Of a DNA stretch of 32,000 bases, positions 26,229 to 32,000 are shown piece by piece (within the stretch, counting starts at the first letter, position 1; each line of letters begins with the position of its first letter). A model generated the notes under the pieces. That model saw only the letters and a program-made list of their open reading frames with translations. It did not search any database and had not been told where the DNA came from. The translations under genes and the position numbers were made by a program. Source of the DNA: an uncultured Flavobacterium sp. (lineage in GTDB: Bacteria > Bacteroidota > Bacteroidia > Flavobacteriales > Flavobacteriaceae); NCBI RefSeq assembly GCF_963922255.1, contig NZ_CAWUIC010000016.1:11360-43359 (forward strand). The letters are read 5' to 3'.

Positions 26229-26855
26229 ATGACAAAAATCGAATTACAAAAATTCATTGAAGAAAAATCTAATCGTCAAATTGTATTAAAAGAACGCATG
26301 AATCTTTTAAATGCATTAGATGATGAGCTATCAGGTTCTAAAATTGGTCGTTGGTTTGGAAGTGCTTATTTATCTACAAAACGTTTTATTACACTTACAT
26401 TAGGAATTATTCTTATTTTAGGTTCTGTGTTGTTTTTCTTTTTTCCTCAAATCATTGTTAAAGACGAAGCGGTGAAGAATGAAATCATTCAGGATTACAA
26501 AACAAATTTTTCTCAAGAAACTGGAACGTCTTTACAAGCTAAGTTAGATGAGATTGCTACAACTTCTTCTAAATCAAAATCAATTTTATTGATTCAAAAT
26601 ATTGATAAGTCAATTGGTGATTCTATTAAAAACAATGATAAAAACAAGTTTCAATTTATGGCTATTTTAGTTTTTATTATGGGAATTATTTTACTTTACA
26701 TAGCACGATTGACTAAAAAAATTCAGTTAAGAAACACTAAAATTTCTGATGCTGAAAAATTAACACTTTCTGCTATCAAAGATTATTCAGTTACAATTGA
26801 AGAAGAAGACAAAGAGCTTCAAGTTTTGAGAGAATATTTGAATACTATGAATTAA
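26229..26855 (+). CDS. Hypothetical membrane protein (two TM helices, coiled-coil-like termini)
   Basis: I moved the start to ATG 26229 because the tracked GTG start (26184) lies inside the terminator hairpin. The hydrophobic segments are ITLTLGIILILGSVLFFFF and FMAILVFIMGIILLYIA. Confidence 0.55.
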   Translation: MTKIELQKFIEEKSNRQIVLKERMNLLNALDDELSGSKIGRWFGSAYLSTKRFITLTLGIILILGSVLFFFFPQIIVKDEAVKNEIIQDYKTNFSQETGTSLQAKLDEIATTSSKSKSILLIQNIDKSIGDSIKNNDKNKFQFMAILVFIMGIILLYIARLTKKIQLRNTKISDAEKLTLSAIKDYSVTIEEEDKELQVLREYLNTMN

Positions 26856-26860
26856 TTAGT

Positions 26861-28267
26861 TTAAACTTCTTCATCAGGAAAAATCTTTCCAGGGTTTAAA
26901 ATATGATTGGCATCAAAAACACGTTTAATACTTTCCATAAGTTCTAAATGCGTTTTTGAAAAAGCTATGTCCATGTAATTTTTCTGAACATAACCAATTC
27001 CGTGTTCACCAGAAAGGGTTCCTTTTAACGCAACAGTTAATTCAAAAATCTCTCTGATTCCTTTTGGAACTTCTTTCTTCCATTTTTCATCGGATAAATC
27101 TCCTTTGATAATGTTTACATGCAAATTTCCATCACCAGCATGACCATAACAAACCGATTGAAAACCATATTTCATGCCTATTGCTTTTATACCATTTAAC
27201 AAAGCTGGTAATTCATATCTTGGAACAACGGTATCTTCTTCTTTATAAATAGAGTTTGATTTAACCGCTTCTCCAACAGCTCTACGCATTTTCCATAAAG
27301 CATTTTTTTGTTCTTCTGAATCTGCAAATAAAACCTCATCAATTTTATAATTTTCTACAACTTCTAGAATTTTTTCAGCTTCTAACATCAAAATTTCAGG
27401 ATAATTTCCATCTACTTCAATCAATAAATGAGCTTGAATATTATCTTTAATTGCAACACTAACACCATCAATATACCTCATCGTCCATTCTAAAGCATCA
27501 CGTTCCATAAATTCTAAAGCACTTGGAACAATTCCAGCTCTAAAAATGGCAGAAACAGCTTCACAAGCTTCTGTCGAGTTATAAAAAGGAACCAAAAGCA
27601 ATACATTATGTTTGTTGGCTGGAATCAATTTTAAAACTATTTTTGTAATAACTCCAAGTGTTCCTTCGCTACCAACCATTAATTGCGTTAAATTGTATCC
27701 CGTTGAGTTTTTTAGTGTATTGGCTCCTGTCCAAATGATTTCTCCATTAGGCAAAACAACTTCTAAATTTAAAACATAATCTTTAGTCACACCATATTTT
27801 AAAGCTCTTGCTCCACCCGCATTTTCGGCTACATTTCCACCAATCCAACAGCTTCCTTGACTACTTGGATCAACTGGATAAGACAGGTTTTTTTCTAAAA
27901 CGGCTTCACGCAAAACTTGAGTTATCACCGCTGGTTCAACTGTGACTTGAAGGTTTTTTTCGTCAATTTCTATGATTTTGTTTAATCGTTCCATAGAAAG
28001 CCCAATCCCTTTTTGAACACATAAAGCTCCACCACTTAAACCCGTTCTTGCTCCAATTGGAGTAATTGGAATATAAAATTCATTAGCAACTTTTAAAATT
28101 TCAGAAATTTCTTTTGCATTTGCTGGTTTTAAAACTACACTTGGAGGAAAAACATAATCTTCTGTTTCATCGTGTCCGTAATGATTTCTGGTTTCTTCAT
28201 CCGTAAAGATGTAAGATTCACCAACAATATTTTTTAATAATTCGTATATGTTCTTCTTTAATTCCAT
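26861..28267 (-). CDS. FAD-binding oxidoreductase (GlcD / D-lactate dehydrogenase-like, PCMH-type FAD domain)
   Basis: It has ITPIGARTGLSGGA, GGNVAENAGG, the C-terminal GTLSGEHGIGY and LNPGKIF. Size is 468 aa. Confidence 0.85.
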   Translation of the reverse strand: MELKKNIYELLKNIVGESYIFTDEETRNHYGHDETEDYVFPPSVVLKPANAKEISEILKVANEFYIPITPIGARTGLSGGALCVQKGIGLSMERLNKIIEIDEKNLQVTVEPAVITQVLREAVLEKNLSYPVDPSSQGSCWIGGNVAENAGGARALKYGVTKDYVLNLEVVLPNGEIIWTGANTLKNSTGYNLTQLMVGSEGTLGVITKIVLKLIPANKHNVLLLVPFYNSTEACEAVSAIFRAGIVPSALEFMERDALEWTMRYIDGVSVAIKDNIQAHLLIEVDGNYPEILMLEAEKILEVVENYKIDEVLFADSEEQKNALWKMRRAVGEAVKSNSIYKEEDTVVPRYELPALLNGIKAIGMKYGFQSVCYGHAGDGNLHVNIIKGDLSDEKWKKEVPKGIREIFELTVALKGTLSGEHGIGYVQKNYMDIAFSKTHLELMESIKRVFDANHILNPGKIFPDEEV

Positions 28268-28276
28268 TTTTTTAAT

Positions 28277-29188
28277 TTAAAAATTTAATAAAATCCAATA
28301 CCAAAAAGCTAAGGTTATAAATGATAATGGAATACCAATTCCTACCATCATACTACTTAATTTTGGTTTTAATCCATAAGTGGAAGCTAAAATTGCTCCT
28401 GTAATCATTGGAGCCATAGCTGACTCAATAATCGAAACATCAATCATTAAACCAGATGCTCCAAATATTTTCTTGTACAAAATAAAGAAAAAAACAGGTG
28501 TAATCATTAATTTAAACAGTAAACCTAAACTAAGAAAAGTCCAATGTTTGCTTTTTCTTTCAATTTTCAATTGTAAACCTACAGCAATTAGAGCAATAGG
28601 TGTTACTGTGCTTCCTATTCTTTGAAAAACTGATTGTAAATCAACCGGAAAATCTACATTAAAAATATTCAATAATACAGCCACTACAAAAGCTATAAAA
28701 GGAGGAAAAAATAAAATTTTTTTGACAATTGCATTTAGACTTAATTCTTCTCGTGAAAATAGTGTTGCTACAATTATTCCTAAAGTTGCCATCACCACAA
28801 AACTTCCTGGTTGATCTATTACAATAGCAGTTTCAATACCTTTTGAACCATAAAGGGCTTCAACTACTGGAAATCCAACGAAAGAAGTGTTTCCCAAACC
28901 AGCAGTTAAAATTAAGCAACCAATTAACTTTTTAGACCATCCTAGATATTTCCCCAAAGAATAAAAAAATACAAATGCTAGCCCAAAACCCAACCAAGCA
29001 ATTCCTAATGGATATAACAAACTAGTTGATATTTCAATTTTTGGAATATAATACAATGCCAAACCTGGCAAAGAAACATAAATAACAAACTGATTTAAAA
29101 CAACATGCATATTCTTAGGCAAAGCTTTAGCATATTGAAAAGAAACACCTATCAATAAACAGATGAAAATTAAAAGTAGATTATCCAT
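28277..29188 (-). CDS. AEC (auxin efflux carrier) family transporter
   Basis: It is 303 aa with about 10 TM helices. The motif GLGNTSFVGFPV is typical of AEC/membrane transport family proteins. It lies 9 nt upstream of the oxidase gene. Confidence 0.75.
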   Translation of the reverse strand: MDNLLLIFICLLIGVSFQYAKALPKNMHVVLNQFVIYVSLPGLALYYIPKIEISTSLLYPLGIAWLGFGLAFVFFYSLGKYLGWSKKLIGCLILTAGLGNTSFVGFPVVEALYGSKGIETAIVIDQPGSFVVMATLGIIVATLFSREELSLNAIVKKILFFPPFIAFVVAVLLNIFNVDFPVDLQSVFQRIGSTVTPIALIAVGLQLKIERKSKHWTFLSLGLLFKLMITPVFFFILYKKIFGASGLMIDVSIIESAMAPMITGAILASTYGLKPKLSSMMVGIGIPLSFITLAFWYWILLNF

Positions 29189-29205
29189 TAGATTTATATG
29201 AATTA

Positions 29206-29213
29206 CAAAGTTA
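29206..29213 (-). promoter_or_regulatory. Bacteroidota-type -7 box (TAnnTTTG) for the AEC transporter / oxidase operon
   Basis: Plus strand CAAAGTTA equals minus strand TAACTTTG, an exact match 17 nt upstream of the start codon at 29188. Confidence 0.4.
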
Positions 29214-29288
29214 AAAGCATTATTTGATTATGGAATGTAAAGTTCTTTTTTTTCAAAAAAATTGTACATTTACACAAAGAGACTATTT

Positions 29289-30374
29289 TTGGAAAATCAA
29301 CATAAAAAATCGGCATTATCAGAAGTTAACGGAGTCAATCAACCTGATCCGTTAAGCAATGCTGTTGCCAAAAGAATTCAACAAAAAAGAAAAATTATTC
29401 CTTCTGCTTTTGAATTAATTGAAGCTATCAAAAAAGGTGATAAAATCGCTTTAAGTAGAGCAATTACTCTAGTCGAAAGTACCAATCCAGAACATTTAGA
29501 ACGTGCTAATGAAGTGATCAATGGTTGTTTGCCTTTTGCAAATAAATCGATCCGAATAGGAATTACTGGTGTTCCGGGTGTTGGAAAAAGTACTTTTATT
29601 GAAGCTTTTGGAACGTATCTGACTTCGATTGATAAAAAAGTGGCAGTTTTAGCTGTTGACCCAAGTAGTTCAATAAGTCACGGAAGTATTTTGGGTGATA
29701 AAACTCGAATGGAAGAATTGGTTAAAGACGAAAATGCTTTTATTAGACCAAGTGCTTCAGGTGATAGTTTAGGTGGTGTCGCCCGAAAAACGCGTGAAAG
29801 TATTATTTTATGCGAAGCTTGTGGTTTTGATACTATAATTATTGAAACCGTTGGTGTTGGCCAAAGCGAAACTGCTGTGCATAGCATGGTTGATTTCTTT
29901 TTATTGTTAAAGATTGCTGGTGCTGGTGATGAATTACAAGGCATTAAACGTGGCATTATGGAAATGGCTGATACAATTGTAATTAATAAAGCCGATGGAG
30001 ATAATATTTCTAAAGCTAAACTAGCAAAAACCGAATTCAACAGAGCATTGCATTTATTTCCGGCAAAAACAAGTGGTTGGATTCCTAAAGTTTCTACTTG
30101 CAGTGCATATGAAAAAACAGGAATTGATAATGTTTGGTCTATTATATCAAATTACTTTGATTTAGTGAAGGAAAATCAATTTTTCGAAAAGAAAAGACAT
30201 GACCAAAATCAATTTTGGATGATGGAAACCATCAATGAACAATTAAAAAACAATTTTTATAATCATCCTGAAATCATAAAACTACTTGAAGAAAATAAAA
30301 AAGCCGTCCAAAATAATGAATTATCACCTTTTGCAGCAGCTCAATTACTTTTGGAAAAATATTTCACACTATAA
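29289..30374 (+). CDS. meaB: Methylmalonyl-CoA mutase-associated GTPase MeaB (ArgK family)
   Basis: It has a P-loop GVPGVGKST, plus ETVGVGQSE and NKADG. There is no ATG near the 5' end. The candidate starts are TTG 29262 (the track start) and TTG 29289. I prefer 29289 because 29262-29272 looks like the promoter -7 region. Confidence 0.8.
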   Translation: MENQHKKSALSEVNGVNQPDPLSNAVAKRIQQKRKIIPSAFELIEAIKKGDKIALSRAITLVESTNPEHLERANEVINGCLPFANKSIRIGITGVPGVGKSTFIEAFGTYLTSIDKKVAVLAVDPSSSISHGSILGDKTRMEELVKDENAFIRPSASGDSLGGVARKTRESIILCEACGFDTIIIETVGVGQSETAVHSMVDFFLLLKIAGAGDELQGIKRGIMEMADTIVINKADGDNISKAKLAKTEFNRALHLFPAKTSGWIPKVSTCSAYEKTGIDNVWSIISNYFDLVKENQFFEKKRHDQNQFWMMETINEQLKNNFYNHPEIIKLLEENKKAVQNNELSPFAAAQLLLEKYFTL

Positions 30375-30383
30375 TAACAAAAA

Positions 30384-30420
30384 CCTCAATGAAGTCATTT
30401 TATCACTGAGGCTTTCTATC
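30384..30420 (+). terminator. Weak hairpin just after the meaB stop
   Basis: CCTCAATGA / TCACTGAGG (30384-30392 / 30403-30411) forms a 9-bp stem with one mismatch. It is followed by CTTTCT only, a poor T tract. Confidence 0.3.
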
Positions 30421-30528
30421 CAAAACAAACTTAACTAACTATATATTAATCTTTCTGAAAATATATAGTACAAATATGAAACTCTTAAACTAAAGAATAT
30501 CAGGAAAACAACCTTAAATTAAAATAAT

Positions 30529-30555
30529 AAACACCTTATTAAAAAGGGTGTTTTT
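30529..30555 (+). terminator. Terminator-like hairpin with T tract in the meaB-lipoprotein spacer
   Basis: AAACACC / GGTGTTT (30529-30535 / 30547-30553) has an 11-nt loop, and the T run extends to 30555. No ORF ends near it. Confidence 0.45.
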
Positions 30556-30581
30556 CCTTAACTATATAAATAGAAATAAAT

Positions 30582-30589
30582 TAAATTTG
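30582..30589 (+). promoter_or_regulatory. Bacteroidota-type -7 box (TAnnTTTG) for the lipoprotein gene
   Basis: TAAATTTG is an exact match 24 nt upstream of the ATG at 30614. Confidence 0.4.
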
Positions 30590-30613
30590 TAACACAACTA
30601 AATCAAAACTACG

Positions 30614-31243
30614 ATGATGAAAATTAGAACTATTGTAACAGTGATTCTTTTTTCAACGCTCTTTTTTTTTAATGCATGTAAACCTGAGAGTAGTGAAGAA
30701 ATCCTAAATGTAAAAGCACCATCGCAAATAATTTCAGTTGAACAAGCTGTTGAAATGAAAAAAACATACCAAGATACTATAGGTAATTTAATAAAACTAA
30801 ACAATTCAACACCAGAAGAAGAATATGATCCTACATTATTTGCTTTTATAGAATTAGATTCTTTAAAACAATATATAGCGTACTTAGAAGAAGTGGAACG
30901 TTTAAATGATAAAAAAATATCTGGAATTAGAGTTTATTTTGCTGCTTATCCAAGTACTTCAAAAAGCAACAACAAAGAGCCTTTATATAAAAGTAGAGAA
31001 ACATTCTTTTTTGCACCAACTATGGAAGTTGCTCCAAATGAATGGGGAAGAGAATATCCAAATTTGAGAAATATTCCGTTTTATATTGAACCTACAGGAA
31101 AAAACAGAATAATTGGAAATTTTAAAGCTATTGACGGTCTTTTATGTAAAAAAGATTCTCGTACAAGTGGTACAAAATCGAATGATAGTGAAAAAACAAG
31201 TTTAATTTTAAATGAAATGCAACTAACTCCTCCTCCAAAATAA
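30614..31243 (+). CDS. Hypothetical lipoprotein
   Basis: The signal peptide has a lipobox-like LFFFNAC followed by KPESS. I recognised no family motif. Confidence 0.55.
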   Translation: MMKIRTIVTVILFSTLFFFNACKPESSEEILNVKAPSQIISVEQAVEMKKTYQDTIGNLIKLNNSTPEEEYDPTLFAFIELDSLKQYIAYLEEVERLNDKKISGIRVYFAAYPSTSKSNNKEPLYKSRETFFFAPTMEVAPNEWGREYPNLRNIPFYIEPTGKNRIIGNFKAIDGLLCKKDSRTSGTKSNDSEKTSLILNEMQLTPPPK

Positions 31244-31257
31244 CAATTGAATAATTA

Positions 31258-31929
31258 ATGGAAATTAAAAATATACCTTTAGCAGATTTAAAAGACTTTT
31301 TTACTTATTTTCAAATAGTCACAGCGATTGCAGGGTCATTGTGTTATTATAAGTATAAAGATACGTATTTAAAATACTTTTTATTTCTGCTTTGGTATAT
31401 TGTTATAAATGACTTTACGGCAAAATATTACAGTAAAAACATTTCAGTTTACAATGTTTTTTTTTATAATATTTTTCAAGTTGTTTCATTTACATTCTAC
31501 ACATTATTATTTAAAAACGCTATAAAAAGTCTTAAAAATAAGAAGACAATTTCTATTTTATTAGCTTTTTATTATTTATCTTATTTAATTAATTTAATCT
31601 TTGTTGATGATTTTTTTACAGACTACTTTTCAAATACGTATATAATTGGTGCTGCAGTAGTTATAACTTCAATATTGATTTATTTTTATGAAATTTTGAA
31701 CTCTGATAAAATCATACATGTTAACAAAATGATGGTGTTTTGGATTAGCATTGGATTATTATTAATGTATCTACCAAATATTCCTTTTAATGTTATTAGA
31801 AATTATTATAAAACTTCACCTACAATTCCCTATATTTATATGGTAAATTTTTTATTAGTATTTATTTATAATATAATTATAATTTCAGGTTTTATATGGA
31901 GCAGCAAGGAACAGAGGGACTATTTTTAG
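31258..31929 (+). CDS. Hypothetical polytopic membrane protein (about 6-7 TM helices)
   Basis: It is a long ORF with regularly spaced hydrophobic segments, 14 nt after the lipoprotein gene. I recognised no family motif. Confidence 0.5.
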   Translation: MEIKNIPLADLKDFFTYFQIVTAIAGSLCYYKYKDTYLKYFLFLLWYIVINDFTAKYYSKNISVYNVFFYNIFQVVSFTFYTLLFKNAIKSLKNKKTISILLAFYYLSYLINLIFVDDFFTDYFSNTYIIGAAVVITSILIYFYEILNSDKIIHVNKMMVFWISIGLLLMYLPNIPFNVIRNYYKTSPTIPYIYMVNFLLVFIYNIIIISGFIWSSKEQRDYF

Positions 31930-32000
31930 CAATTATAGTTTTATTTAGCGTTTGTGTCATCATGGTTTTTCTGTTTATAATTTTTCAAAAAAAGAAAAAT
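31896..32000 (+). CDS. Probable 5' end of a membrane-anchored sensor histidine kinase (truncated by the window end)
   Basis: ATG 31896 opens MEQQGTEGLFLAIIVLFSVCVIMVFLFIIFQKKKN, running to the window end. This is a single TM anchor followed by QKKK, as in flavobacterial NarL-type partner kinases. Only 35 codons are visible, so the call is weak. Confidence 0.3.
   Translation, partial: MEQQGTEGLFLAIIVLFSVCVIMVFLFIIFQKKKN

Noticed and set aside
29189-29288. A cobalamin riboswitch upstream of meaB.
   Set aside because: Only about 70-100 nt of AT-rich spacer is available, and it also holds the divergent AEC promoter box. That is too short and too unstructured for a B12 element, and I saw no conserved B12-box-like GC-rich core.
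29678-30040. A 120-aa ORF antisense to meaB.
   Set aside because: It sits opposite the best-conserved P-loop/GTPase core of meaB. The long open antisense frame is explained by the codon bias of the sense gene. It has no motif, promoter box or independent signal.
1-32000. A scan for CRISPR arrays, tRNA/rRNA genes, transposases/integrases, prophage genes, toxin-antitoxin pairs and named defence systems.
   Set aside because: I saw no regularly spaced direct repeats and no GC-rich cloverleaf-sized spacers. All spacers are under 240 nt and AT-rich. No ORF had DDE, tyrosine or serine recombinase motifs, or defence-type ATPase or nuclease architectures, other than the single GxxExxY ORF reported above.

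Overview
This is a chromosomal window from a low-GC Bacteroidota (Flavobacteriia-like) genome. That assignment is an inference from protein family content, AT-rich codon usage, and exact TAnnTTTG -7 boxes 17-25 nt upstream of six start codons. (1) nt 1-14256 is a dense surface-glycan / LPS-core-type cluster. It holds a partial LtaS/sulfatase-like transferase, five stand-alone GT2 genes, one GT9, two stand-alone GT-B genes (one GT4, one GT4-like), one fused GT2 + GT-B gene, an LPS/Kdo-kinase-like protein, an AT3-SGNH O-acyltransferase and two unassigned ORFs. ORF 2789-3559 and the block 7250-14256 are visibly more AT-rich than the rest, judged from hand counts of sampled lines. (2) nt 14260-19118 holds housekeeping genes: tsaC, a CCA-adding/poly(A) polymerase family enzyme, a GNAT, heme A synthase and a CDP-alcohol phosphatidyltransferase. 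The tsaC-cca spacer contains a GxxExxY (PD-(D/E)XK fold) ORF bracketed by a perfect 21-bp inverted repeat. (3) nt 19213-22688, minus strand, is a five-gene signalling locus. In transcription order it encodes a secreted helical protein, a LytS-type histidine kinase with a fused C-terminal 2TM module, two free-standing 2TM paralogs and a LytTR response regulator. (4) nt 22874-32000 holds glutaminase, a secreted YciI-like protein, a PRiA4_ORF3-like acidic-tail protein, an NdpA-like nucleoid-associated protein and a coiled-coil membrane protein. These are followed by a GlcD-like FAD oxidase, an AEC transporter, MeaB, a lipoprotein, a polytopic membrane protein and the first 35 codons of a probable sensor kinase. 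I saw no rRNA, tRNA, CRISPR array, transposase/integrase or recognisable named defence system. The most system-like uncharacterised candidates are the triplicated-2TM/LytTR locus, the inverted-repeat-bracketed GxxExxY cassette, and the split-versus-fused glycosyltransferase duplication inside the AT-rich glycan block. All family assignments come from motif recognition by eye; no database search was run.
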